DNA from: a virus
Strand: one strand, 5' to 3'
DNA length: 64,000 nucleotides
IMG/VR virus record: IMGVR_UViG_3300050505_000370
Positions 35,541-45,900 of this stretch are shown one piece after another (position 1 is the stretch's first letter; each line of letters opens with the position of its first letter). Under the pieces are notes generated by a model that had not been told where the DNA came from, did not search any database, and saw only the letters and a list, made by a program, of their open reading frames with translations. The position numbers were made by a program, and so were the translations under genes.

Positions 35541-38500
35541 ATGTCCACTTCTATAGATGACGTTATCAACAAGTACCTACCTAAGGGGGCTTCTCCTTCC
35601 ACCTCTCCCCAGAAGTCTGCCTCCAATGACCTATTCAATGAAGCTTATTCCAAATTAGAAAAGGATTTTGAGTATACCTTTGGTAAGCCCCTTACCTCTA
35701 AGGACAATCCTCTTCACCATCGTCCCTCTCTAGAAGGTAGAGCTAGAGATGCTAGGACTAGGGATAAGACCCCTGAGGAACAAGCGTGGATTGACAAGAG
35801 GGCTAATGAACTTGGCCTTGATGTGTTAACTGCTTCAGGGAAGGAAAGTTGGGCAACCGGCCCCCATAAGCATATAGAGGCAAAAGATCCCACAGACATT
35901 ATTATCAACAAGTATATCAATAGAGCCTCCTCTACCCCCTCTACCCCCTCTACCTCTTCCCATCAAATAGGAGGAGAGACTCCCTCTCCCTTACCACCTT
36001 CGACTGCCATAGCAGGGAAAGGTCTTGATCTCTCCTCCTTCTCTGCTGGTAAGAAGAGTTTAGAGAGGACAGTTAAGAAGAAACTCTCCATAGACAAGAG
36101 GGCTCTCCCCGCCTTCATCTCCTCCATCCAAGGGGAAACAGATGAGGATAGGGAGAAGCAGGTACAGGATATAATCTCTCGATATGGGCATACCCCAACA
36201 GGGCCTCCCCCTAAGAATGCCTACCAAGAGGTTATCTCTAGAATCCCCTCCCCTATCCCTATCCCCTACTCCTATGAGTCAGCACAGGAGATAGGAGGGA
36301 ACCTCTCCAACACCGCCACTCTTGCCTATAATGTGGCGATGGGGAAGCCAGGGGTTGCTTTTGATCCTGCCTATGAGAAGGAACAGAAGGATAACTTAGT
36401 TACTGGAGTGATAACCCCCCAGATAGATGAGTTCAAAAAAGCCTTGGCAGATATGGAGGAGGAGCATAAGCTCCACCCTGAGATCCCCATAGGGGATGCC
36501 CGCCTTTTCTCCCTAAAAGCTATGCTCCATACCATAGCGGGGGCCGTCCCCTTTGCTGGCCCTTCTGCTTCTAGAGCTATAGAGAACTTCCAGAAGGGGA
36601 GAGTTGAGGAAGGCATCCTCGATAGCATGGAAACCCTCGCCATTGTCGTCCCCGCTGTTCATGGGGCTAGAGGAGGGATAGGGAAGGGGGAGGCTACCCC
36701 TAAGACTCTCTCCCCCAAGGAGGAGTTTAAGACAATCGGGAGGCAGAAGGAGCTAGTTCCTCCTACTCCTAAAGAGGCACCTACTACTACTACTACTACA
36801 ACCATTCTCCCTAAAGCCCCGCCCGTTGATACTACAGGCCTCACAATGCCGGGGATGGGTCAAGCTATAGCTGATAACATGTATCAGTCTATGTTTGATA
36901 ACCTAAGCAAGAATAAGTATCCAGAGCCGGGTAAGAAGGCCAATCAAAGTCCTTTCGCCCTTCACCTAATGGAGGCTTGGGATAAGGGAGAGATTAAGAG
37001 CATAGAGGACATAAAGACCCTAGCTAGTAAATTCAATGCCAAGAAGTTGACTCCCCCCGAACCAACAATGTCCCCCACTGGCTCTGGCACCTCCGTTCTC
37101 TCCCAGAAGGTACTAGATGGGAGAGATGAGACAGAAGCTCTAATCACCACAACTCCCTCCAAGGGAGGCTATGAAGTCAACGACCTTGTTCGCCATGAAG
37201 CCTTTGCAGGTGGAGAGCCCCTTAAGGTAAAGGAGGTTAACCCTGACCATATAGTAGTGACCAAGCCTAGTGGGAAGAAACTCACCATCTATAACAACTC
37301 TACTATCTATGGGGAGTTGGAGAAGAAGGTTGGGGAGGGGTGGGTGAAGGGGGAGACTCCTAAGGTAGAAGAAGCTAAGGTTGAAGAAGAGGCCAAAACC
37401 AAGGAACCTCCAACAGTTCAAAAACTCTCCTTCCCTTTCAACAACCATGAAGTTACATTCCCTGATGGTACTCGCTATAGGATATTCAGAAACACCGACT
37501 CCTCGGGTCCTGGTTGGTTTCTTGAGGGGACCACTGAGAAGGGTAAGTCTACTATGGAGCCCCATACTTCATGGGGAAAGGATCGTCACCTTGGGTATAC
37601 CAAGGCGGAGGCCCTAGAAACCCTCCAAAAGGGACATGAGGAAGGGAAGTATAAGGGATTTGAGTTAGACCCTAAGGCTCCCTTAACCCCTGAGGCTAAG
37701 GAGATAGCGGAGACTTTCCACTCCATTAATAACTATAGTGATGAGGATGTAGTAAAGGCTTATAGCTTAGTAGAGGACCCAAATGATGAGACAGGATGGA
37801 AAGATGGACTAACTCCAACAGCAGTTCATGAGAATTGGATAGATGGTAAGGTTAGTGAGTTTGCTAAGGAGATGAGGGTTTCCCCACAAGAGGCTTATGA
37901 ACGTCTGATAAATATGAAGAAGGAGGAATACCTTCCCGAGAAGAAGACCTTAACTAGGAAGGAAAAGAAGGTAAGGGAGCTTCAAAAAGGAAAGGCAGAG
38001 AAGGCCCTTCAAAGAAAAGGGGATGAGGCGAAGTTTGATGAGAAGTTAGAAGGAGAGGGGTATATCCCCTTCACCTCCCTCAAAAAGAATCAAACCCTCT
38101 ACTCCCCAGAAGGCCCAGTCAAGGTGAAGGTGATAGGGGAGAAGACTATTGTGGTGAGGGATGCTGAGGGAGATTTGATTCATGTGTCTAAGGGGAGTGA
38201 GTTGCATAAGGGGCTTTCCCTTGAGAAGGCTAAGACTACTAATCCTAATCAAGAGTATATAGATTCCTTAATCCATGACCATAAGAGGGAAGCCCTTGGG
38301 AATAAGCTTGTGGCTGAGGGTAAGTATGGATATACTGAGCCTCAAGCAGAGCTAGATGGGATCTCCTTAGCATCCTTAGAGGATGAGATAGGTCAAAGGA
38401 GTGCAGAGTTATTAAAGGAAGGTAAGATAACACAAGAGGAACTAGACAACATATTATATACTGATTTTAGTGAAGGAAAGGGTAAATCAGTCGGAGCAGC

Positions 38501-40787
38501 CCACCCCTCCAACTTCCCAGTAACCCCCGACATAACCCAACTAGGGGAGGATATTCGTCAACGTGCCCAAGGGAATATCCCTACTGAAGATTATTCCTTA
38601 GGGGATCGTCTAGCTAGGGGAATAGCTAAGACCAAGGAGACTATCCAGAACATCTCCGATGCTGCCACCGCTACCGCCCACCATATCTGGGAGGTGGTTA
38701 AGCGCCCCTCAGAGATAATCTCTGAATTCCAAAAGGTGGTAGATCAGTGGCAAGGGAAGAGACAAGAGGGGATGCTTTCTTCTAAAGACTTCGAGAAGGT
38801 AGTCAAAAAAGCCATAACCTCGAAGCTCCAACGGGATGCGATGACCCTCTACCGGGATACAGGTGGGGATAAGACTCTCCTCCAAGAAGGTGCCCTTCGA
38901 TCCCCCGACCCAATGCGAAGAAAGGCCTATGAAGCAGCCCTCTCCCTAACCCAAGATCAAATAGATATAGTCAATAACGTTGGCTCTTACTTCGACGCAA
39001 TGCTTCAGCATGGGCTAGATGAAGGGATGCTTTGGACTCAGCTAGAGAACTACATCAATAGAGTCTACGACAAGGAGAGTGCCCTTCGCCTTATAAGCAG
39101 GGTCCAAGGGGACTTCCAACAAGGCATCCTCCCCACCGCTTTCCAACATGCAAAAAGGCGCTTCTATAAATACCTCCTCGATGCAGAAATGCAGGGGATG
39201 AAGCCTAAGACCACCGACATAGCCGAACTAATCCCTATCTACAACGCTGAATTCAACAACACTATGGCTGCGAGAGGGTTCGTTAGGGATGCTTATGGGG
39301 TGATTGCCCCAGATGGCCGCCCTGTTCTACTTGTCCTTGGCTCTAAATCCACCAAGACCTCCCTTGCTGGAAACACCTACGACATAATAAGGCCAAAGGG
39401 GAAGAAGGATGCCTTTAACCCCACCTACCCTGACCTTATTGTTGACCCCTCAGGCTACGTCGCTAAAGAACTTCCTGGGTTCAAAAACTGGAAGTTGCTA
39501 GAATGGGGGGATGATGGAAGGCCGGTCTATGTAGAAGCCCAGATAGGTATCCATCCTGACTACATAGGGGAGTTTAAGAGGAGATTGGGGAATAGCCCCT
39601 TCGATGAATCCCCTGTTGGGAGGTTAGCCAAGCGAGTTAAGGCAGAAATAAAGGCCCCCAAGATGGCCTTCTCAGCCTTCCACCAAGTAGCGGTAGATGT
39701 CCATGCCCTTACCCACCGCGTCTTCAACCCTTACCAAGGGGTAGATGTTGCTAGAATCCCTAGGCAGTTTATGGACTATATCCTTAAGGGGGAATCCCCT
39801 GACACCATGAAAACCCCTCTCTATGACCCCTCCAACCCAATGCATAAAAAGGCAGTCTACTCGGGGGTTAAGTTGGTGGACTCTAGGGGGATCTCTTCCT
39901 TTGCTGAGGGGGTAAGTGGGGGAGAAAGTATCTTCAAAATCCCCATCCTAGGTAAAAGGTTAAGTGCCTACACCCACTGGTTATTCGAGGACCACATTCC
40001 CCGCCTTAAACTCATGTACTATGAGCAAGCCTACGTTAGAAACATGAAGGGGTATGCCAAGCAATTAGCTTCAGGGAAGATAACTGAGCCTGAGATTGCT
40101 CGAATGACTGCTAACCAAACTAACGCTTCTTTTGGGGAACTCAACTATGAGCAGATGGGCCGGTCTAAGTTCGCCCAAGACATCATGGGGTTTGCCCTTC
40201 TAGCCCCTGACTTCACAGAAGCCCGCCTTCGCTATGTGGGGCAAGCCCTTAAACCCTACGGGAGGGAGCAAAGGATAGCTCTTGGCCTTGGTGCCCTCGC
40301 CATGTACACAACAGCTAGAATCCTAAATGGGGTGTTCAACAATGGGGAAACCCACTGGGATGACCCTAAGCATGCGTTTGAGGTGAAGGTAGGGGAGAAA
40401 TGGATAGGGGTTAGGTCAGTCCCCGGCGACTTAATCCACCTATATAATGAACCGGGGCAATCTATCGTTGACCGCTTATCTCCCCCAATCCAAATAGGAG
40501 CTACCCTTGTAACAGGAAGGGATAGGTTTGGGGAGAAAATAGTCCCCCAAGATAAGCTCTCCATTACCAAAGAAGCCGCAAAGCAACTCATCCCCATGTC
40601 ATTTAACAAAGACCTCCAAACCTCCATCCTCCAAGCCATTGGCCTCTCTGTCCGCAAATACGTCCCTCCTTCAAAGACCTCCTACTTTGAAAAGAAAGGG
40701 GAGCTTGAGGAGAAACAAAAGGAGCTTAGACAAAAGGCAAGGGAGAACAAGAAGATATTCCCACTATCTCAAACGCCCGAACAATAA
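35541..40787 (+). CDS. giant internal virion/ejection protein candidate (gp16-like position), 1748 aa
   Basis: Largest ORF in the window, following two smaller core-like ORFs. N-terminal ~120 aa carry an H..GRARD ... HKH pattern (LAS/M15-peptidase-like, tentative). Confidence 0.5.
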   Translation: MSTSIDDVINKYLPKGASPSTSPQKSASNDLFNEAYSKLEKDFEYTFGKPLTSKDNPLHHRPSLEGRARDARTRDKTPEEQAWIDKRANELGLDVLTASGKESWATGPHKHIEAKDPTDIIINKYINRASSTPSTPSTSSHQIGGETPSPLPPSTAIAGKGLDLSSFSAGKKSLERTVKKKLSIDKRALPAFISSIQGETDEDREKQVQDIISRYGHTPTGPPPKNAYQEVISRIPSPIPIPYSYESAQEIGGNLSNTATLAYNVAMGKPGVAFDPAYEKEQKDNLVTGVITPQIDEFKKALADMEEEHKLHPEIPIGDARLFSLKAMLHTIAGAVPFAGPSASRAIENFQKGRVEEGILDSMETLAIVVPAVHGARGGIGKGEATPKTLSPKEEFKTIGRQKELVPPTPKEAPTTTTTTTILPKAPPVDTTGLTMPGMGQAIADNMYQSMFDNLSKNKYPEPGKKANQSPFALHLMEAWDKGEIKSIEDIKTLASKFNAKKLTPPEPTMSPTGSGTSVLSQKVLDGRDETEALITTTPSKGGYEVNDLVRHEAFAGGEPLKVKEVNPDHIVVTKPSGKKLTIYNNSTIYGELEKKVGEGWVKGETPKVEEAKVEEEAKTKEPPTVQKLSFPFNNHEVTFPDGTRYRIFRNTDSSGPGWFLEGTTEKGKSTMEPHTSWGKDRHLGYTKAEALETLQKGHEEGKYKGFELDPKAPLTPEAKEIAETFHSINNYSDEDVVKAYSLVEDPNDETGWKDGLTPTAVHENWIDGKVSEFAKEMRVSPQEAYERLINMKKEEYLPEKKTLTRKEKKVRELQKGKAEKALQRKGDEAKFDEKLEGEGYIPFTSLKKNQTLYSPEGPVKVKVIGEKTIVVRDAEGDLIHVSKGSELHKGLSLEKAKTTNPNQEYIDSLIHDHKREALGNKLVAEGKYGYTEPQAELDGISLASLEDEIGQRSAELLKEGKITQEELDNILYTDFSEGKGKSVGAAHPSNFPVTPDITQLGEDIRQRAQGNIPTEDYSLGDRLARGIAKTKETIQNISDAATATAHHIWEVVKRPSEIISEFQKVVDQWQGKRQEGMLSSKDFEKVVKKAITSKLQRDAMTLYRDTGGDKTLLQEGALRSPDPMRRKAYEAALSLTQDQIDIVNNVGSYFDAMLQHGLDEGMLWTQLENYINRVYDKESALRLISRVQGDFQQGILPTAFQHAKRRFYKYLLDAEMQGMKPKTTDIAELIPIYNAEFNNTMAARGFVRDAYGVIAPDGRPVLLVLGSKSTKTSLAGNTYDIIRPKGKKDAFNPTYPDLIVDPSGYVAKELPGFKNWKLLEWGDDGRPVYVEAQIGIHPDYIGEFKRRLGNSPFDESPVGRLAKRVKAEIKAPKMAFSAFHQVAVDVHALTHRVFNPYQGVDVARIPRQFMDYILKGESPDTMKTPLYDPSNPMHKKAVYSGVKLVDSRGISSFAEGVSGGESIFKIPILGKRLSAYTHWLFEDHIPRLKLMYYEQAYVRNMKGYAKQLASGKITEPEIARMTANQTNASFGELNYEQMGRSKFAQDIMGFALLAPDFTEARLRYVGQALKPYGREQRIALGLGALAMYTTARILNGVFNNGETHWDDPKHAFEVKVGEKWIGVRSVPGDLIHLYNEPGQSIVDRLSPPIQIGATLVTGRDRFGEKIVPQDKLSITKEAAKQLIPMSFNKDLQTSILQAIGLSVRKYVPPSKTSYFEKKGELEEKQKELRQKARENKKIFPLSQTPEQ

Positions 40788-40827
40788 ACCACAGCTTTTC
40801 TAATCTCGTGCAAAGGAAAAGAATTTT

Positions 40828-41259
40828 ATGGAATCAATTTGGAACCCTGCAACCCTAGGAAAAGAAGAAAGAGGAAAGGTTGTTAGTCACGTTGGTCACA
40901 TTGGTCAGAACTGTCCCCAAGAGAGCCCCTTTGAAGAAGAAGAAACAGAAGAAGCAAAGAAAGAGAAGGAGGCAGGTATGCCGATTACAAAGGAGAAACC
41001 TAACTCGAATACAGTGGGAATCTTTGCCATCTTCTTAACCCTCGTAGTCCAAACTGCTGCTATTGCTTACTGGGCTGGAGGGATAAGTGCTAGGCAAACA
41101 ACCTTTGATAGTAGCCAAGATAAGATAGACCAACGGCTACAGTACATTCAAACTCAGAATGAGGTAGCTGCTAAGAACTATGCTAAGATGGAGGGGAGAT
41201 TGGATGCTATGGAGAAGAATATCCAAACTCTTCAGGTGGAGAAAGCAAAAAGGAGGTAG
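40828..41259 (+). CDS. membrane + coiled-coil protein (lysis-associated candidate)
   Basis: Alternative start ATG 40978 (AAGGAGG upstream) gives a 93-aa protein with an N-terminal TM (VGIFAIFLTLVVQTAAIAYWAGG) and a coiled coil. Confidence 0.45.
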   Translation: MESIWNPATLGKEERGKVVSHVGHIGQNCPQESPFEEEETEEAKKEKEAGMPITKEKPNSNTVGIFAIFLTLVVQTAAIAYWAGGISARQTTFDSSQDKIDQRLQYIQTQNEVAAKNYAKMEGRLDAMEKNIQTLQVEKAKRR

Positions 41260-41261
41260 TT

Positions 41262-41540
41262 ATGCCAGATGAAGGAAGTGGTGGGGGGAGTGGGGGATTT
41301 GAATGTCCCCCATGTAAGCTTCTCCTTTGTAGTGGAGGGGAAGTGGCGGGAGGGGCTGCTTCCCTAGTCCAATATGCTCAAGCTTATGGGGCGGTTGTTC
41401 TCCAAAGATCCCTAATGGGAAGGGCTGTCTCTAAGGAGCTAAAGGATAGGCATGCAAAGATCCTTGAGAGACAGGGGGATACTTTGGCTGAAATGCAAGG
41501 GGAGTTAGAGGAGATGGCAAGGGAAGTTGGGGGGTTGTAA
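41262..41540 (+). CDS. hypothetical protein (92 aa)
   Basis: AAAGGAGG upstream. Confidence 0.45.
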   Translation: MPDEGSGGGSGGFECPPCKLLLCSGGEVAGGAASLVQYAQAYGAVVLQRSLMGRAVSKELKDRHAKILERQGDTLAEMQGELEEMAREVGGL

Positions 41541-41830
41541 TGGTAGCAGGTAAATCCCCTCAAAACACTTCGGCTAGACTAGCTGAGTTATTCATGATAG
41601 TAACTCAGCTAGTCGAAAAGCTTGACCTTCTATCCAAGAAAATGGATGTTATCCAAGAAATAAAGATGACAAAGATGGCTGAGGACATTGCCAAACTAGA
41701 CAAGCAAGCGGCACTGGCAGGGCAGAACCTCGATAGACTCCAAAAGGTAGTCTATGGGATTATAACGGCGGTTAGCCTCCAACTCCTAACGGTTATAACT
41801 GGGGTGATAGTATGGCTGATAAAGAAGTAG
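41540..41830 (+). CDS. coiled-coil protein with C-terminal TM (XhlA-like architecture)
   Basis: C-terminus VVYGIITAVSLQLLTVITGVIVWLIKK; the call rests on architecture only. Confidence 0.4.
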   Translation: MVAGKSPQNTSARLAELFMIVTQLVEKLDLLSKKMDVIQEIKMTKMAEDIAKLDKQAALAGQNLDRLQKVVYGIITAVSLQLLTVITGVIVWLIKK

Positions 41831-42249
41831 ATTTGGACTCCCTTAAGGTCCGCCTTTTAGGGCTTAGGGCTTCTTTGGATAGGGAGGTGTGGACGGATAT
41901 ATTAAGGGCGAGTGTAGCTGCTATTGTGGTGGATATGGAAAGTCAGTATATAGTTGACTCCACCTCTACAGCAGATGAGCTATTTGGGTATATAGAGGGG
42001 GAGTTAGTGGGGAAACCTCTTGATGTTCTCCTTCCTAGCCACTTAAGACCTACCCATAAGGAGAATGTGAAGAAGTTCTCTGATAGTCCTAGCAATAGGA
42101 CTATGGGGATAGGGGCTGCTCTGAATATAGTTGGGGCTAAGAAGGTAGCAGTGGGGAAGTATGAGGAGATTAAGCTTGTTATATCCCTTAGGACTAAGAT
42201 GATTGGGGAGGCTAGGTGTGCCGTTGCTATCATCACTGAAAGATTTTAG
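41812..42249 (+). CDS. stand-alone PAS domain protein, FixL-like (haem-PAS type)
   Basis: STADELFGYIEGELVGKPLDVLLPSHLRPTHKENV...RTMGIG aligns by eye with the FixL haem-PAS, including the proximal His position. Confidence 0.55.
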   Translation: MADKEVDLDSLKVRLLGLRASLDREVWTDILRASVAAIVVDMESQYIVDSTSTADELFGYIEGELVGKPLDVLLPSHLRPTHKENVKKFSDSPSNRTMGIGAALNIVGAKKVAVGKYEEIKLVISLRTKMIGEARCAVAIITERF

Positions 42250-42517
42250 TTCTATTAAAAGTCTCTATCTCTACTCTCCACTTCCACTCCTCCTCCCTAC
42301 ACCAAAGGCAAATCTCCACAAAGGGATACCCCTCCATCTTCGGGTGCCACTTATGCACCTCTCTCCTATCCACCAACTCTAAGGCAGGGGGGAACTCTCC
42401 ACTGGTTAGCTCTTGGCGGCAAATAAGGCAGTCCTCCCCACATTCCCCCTCGAAGTGGAGGAGAAGGAGGAAGTCTATGGAGTCGAGAAGGGGAGGGAGG
42501 GAGAAGGGGTTACTCAT
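42233..42517 (-). CDS. hypothetical Cys-rich protein (94 aa)
   Basis: Last gene of the - arm; its 3' end overlaps the 3' end of 41812-42249 by 17 nt. Confidence 0.5.
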   Translation of the reverse strand: MSNPFSLPPLLDSIDFLLLLHFEGECGEDCLICRQELTSGEFPPALELVDRREVHKWHPKMEGYPFVEICLWCREEEWKWRVEIETFNRTKIFQ

Positions 42518-42740
42518 TATCTAAATCTCCCTCTTTAGTTGCTTCACAATCTAATCTAAGAGGCAGGGGGCCATTAATAAAGAGTTGGTTCTTGGAATAG
42601 ACTGTATAGCACATACTTCCTATCCTCAACATCGTCCCTATTGGGAGGGTGGAGAGATCAAAAGGGATTTTAAGGGTTATGATTCCCGAGAGAAAGTCAT
42701 AACTTTCCAAGGCAAAGCCAGAGGTTAAGGTTACTATCAT
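42510..42740 (-). CDS. hypothetical protein (76 aa)
   Basis: Overlapping array. Confidence 0.5.
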   Translation of the reverse strand: MIVTLTSGFALESYDFLSGIITLKIPFDLSTLPIGTMLRIGSMCYTVYSKNQLFINGPLPLRLDCEATKEGDLDNE

Positions 42741-42928
42741 ATCTTCCTCACTTTCACCTTAGTTATCTGATTATATCCAAACATCTGAAGAAGCTCCTTT
42801 GCCCTCTCCTCCTTCTCTCGCCTGTAGACAGGGTTGGAAGAAGGGAAGTGAGATATATGTTCTCCTTCTTCTATCTCAAACTCTAACTTGACTAGATGCT
42901 TTCTTACCTTGCCGGTGGAGTCAATCAT
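42737..42928 (-). CDS. hypothetical protein (63 aa)
   Basis: ATGA overlaps on both sides. Confidence 0.5.
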   Translation of the reverse strand: MIDSTGKVRKHLVKLEFEIEEGEHISHFPSSNPVYRREKEERAKELLQMFGYNQITKVKVRKI

Positions 42929-45900
42929 AAGCTAACCTCCTTCATCTCGGCTAGGTTGTGGCCGACTTTTATATCCACCTCGCAGTGGAAGCCCTCTGGC
43001 ATTGTCCAATTCACCAACACCTTACTCCTTCTCCTCATCACTGTCAACACCTTCTTCATCACCTCCTCCCACTCCTCTTCCCTCGGTTCAAATCTAAAAT
43101 CATCATGCACCATATTAACCAACCTAGCTTTATCCAATAAACCTGGGGTAGAGAGGTAAGGTTGGAGGCTCCCCCCTATCATAGAAAGGACTTCTCCCCC
43201 ATCTTCTAAGATCCTAAGGTTCTCCCTCATGTGGCAGAAGGCGTTAGCCGCCACAGGATAAGCCATAGCTTGTTGAGCTTGCTCCCCCTTCTTTATAGAA
43301 AGGACATTCCCCCACTTATCATACCTCGGCTCCCCTGCTGCCCAAAACCACCGACGAAAGCCAAAGGGGATGTCAATATAGTTTTGATTGTCTGCTAAGG
43401 CAATTATCTTATCCTGAAATTTGAATACCCTTGGGAAAAGCCTCCTCAGCAACTCATAAAGCTTCTTAACCTTCTTCTTCCCCTGTGCCTCAGCCTCAAC
43501 CTGCCACCTCGCCATTCCTGTCCTTAGGTCCACCTCCAAAGGATTACTCCTCTTCTTCCCCCACCCCTTCAACACCTCCTCCATCTTAGGATTAAAGTCC
43601 TCCTTATACCTCTCATAGCACCCCTCTTCCGACAGTCCAAACCCTATCCCAAGTATAGCATGTTTAGCTTGGTCATCTCTTAGACTCTTATAAGCTCCCT
43701 TAACCTCCTTCAACCACCCCCTAAGCTTCTCATCCTCCCACCCTATAGCCACATCTGCCTCAGGAAGACTGACCATGTGGGCAGTTACATAACTGTGGAT
43801 GTCAAGTCTAGCCAGCCTTATATAGTCTGGGTCTTCTGCTAAGAACCCCAACATAAGGGCATGGTAGCTCTTGTAGTCCAACTTAGTCAGAACATGCCCT
43901 TCCTTTGCCTCTATAGTCTCATTGAACTTAATGGCTAAGGTAGAGTGGACTGGCCCCTGTTGGATATTAGGGTCCCTGCTAGAGGTCTGCACAGTTGGGG
44001 GGCGGAAAGTGAAGGTTGTATGGACTCTACCGTCCTCCCCTGGCTTCCATCCCTTCTTCCCATTCTTCCCTCCCCCCAAGAAGGAGCCTTCCATCTTTGT
44101 TAGCTCCCTATACTCCACCATCAAACTATAAACTTTATCCCCTGTCTTAATAGCCAGCCCCTTCAACACCCCCTTCGAGGTAGAAAGGTCCTTCTCTTCA
44201 TCCTCAAAGTCATGAAGGTCAATCTTACTTCTACTTTCCTTCGCTATATTAATAGCTAACTTAGCAGCTATCTTCTCATGCTTCTTATATTTAATAAGGT
44301 CACTTACCTGTGGGGGACTATTGGGGTTAAAGGGGATGACTTTGCAATACCTTCTCACAGTCCTAAAGCCCCTCCCCTGACAAGCAGGGCATACCATGAA
44401 GACCCCATCACTCCCCTTTATCTCCCCATTCTGCCTACAAAATCCACAACTCCCTTGCTTAAACCCCACCACTCCCAACCCCGCCCCCTCAGCTACCTCT
44501 TCTAAGGGATTGGTAAAAAGTGTCTCCACCCCCACCCCCATCTTAGTCGCCGCCAAAATAAGCTGCACCTTTAAATCAGCAGGGACATTCTTATACCCCT
44601 CCTCTGGGTGGTATCTATTGAACTGACTAGATACCCTCTCCTTTAACTCCCCCTCTATCTCCCCCTTCCTAAGGTGGATGGCTTCCTTAAAGACCTCTTG
44701 CTTCTTTTGGTTAACAGGGTAGCCTCTATCTTGAGTCTTAATAAGGATAGGCTTTACCTTATAGACAAGTTCCTCATATCCCCTCCAAAGATCCCTATCC
44801 TTTAGCCTCTTAGGTAGGTGCTCCATTATCCTGAGGGGTGCATCTGTATCGGCTATGCCATAGAAGGCCAAACTTTGCCCTGAGAGATGTTTCCAAGGGA
44901 AGGGGAAGTTGAAGTAACTAGCTGTAGCTTGCAGCCCTATAGGGATGTCACTTTGGTAGTGGTGCATCATCCACATGGTATCATCGACCCTACCATTTAT
45001 AACAACCCCCGCTTTTTGGAGGATAGGGCGGTCAAAGTCCCAGAAGTTATGCCCTACTTTGGGGTTAGGTAAGGACATGATCTTCTTAAATATACTGATG
45101 AAAGGTTCCTCCCAAGGGAAGGCTATCCCCGAGGAGGGGGCTATGGAGAGTTGGACTTGCTTTATATACTCCCCATAGTCATCTATCTCATCCTCTTCCT
45201 TTCCTATACTTTCCTTCGTTTCTATATCTATAGAGACTAGGGTGAGGGGGTTTCCCTTTAGGTGCTGCCATAACCCTACCGCTGCTTCATAGGAAGGAGA
45301 GAGGATATACTTAAGGGACTTATCTTCCATAGGGTTCATTATGAACTCAGGGGAGGTTCCTTGAGCTATCCCAAAAGCTTTTAGGTAGTCAAAGAGAAGA
45401 ATCCCCATTAGATGTGCGTTTCCCCTTCTGATGTAGGAGGGGTGGAAGGTTGGGACAACGAGAGTAGAGGGATAACGAGAAGAAGCAAAGACATACCCTC
45501 TAACCATGTTAATATTGAGATTATGACCCTCAAGTCCGGTGAGGTGCTTAAAAGGAACAGCACCAAGAGCAAGAATAACCTTAGGCTTGAACTTATTGAC
45601 AACCCTATCGAAATGGACTTTGCAGTGGTTAACCGCTTCATATTCCCACCCCATCCCTAGCAAGTGGTCCTGAGGGGGACGACACATGCATAGGTTGTTA
45701 AAGGTTAGTTGACCCCTAGTGTGTTTTGCCTTCTCCCTTATTACCCTATGGAGGATACTCCCTGCTTGGGCAGAGGGGCGAAAGGGGAGGCCTTCGAGGA
45801 TTTCGTTGTAGCCAGGACTTTCCCCAGTGAGAAGAAGGGGGGTAGAGCCATTTCCCTCAGGTAGAATAAATCCCTCCCCTATATCCTCAAGGGGGCAGCC

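Noticed and set aside
35541-40787. 1748-aa ORF as a tape-measure protein of a long-tailed phage
   Set aside because: No tail tube, sheath, tail-assembly chaperone frameshift pair or baseplate genes are recognisable. The preceding 228-aa and 463-aa ORFs fit a podovirus internal-core trio better.
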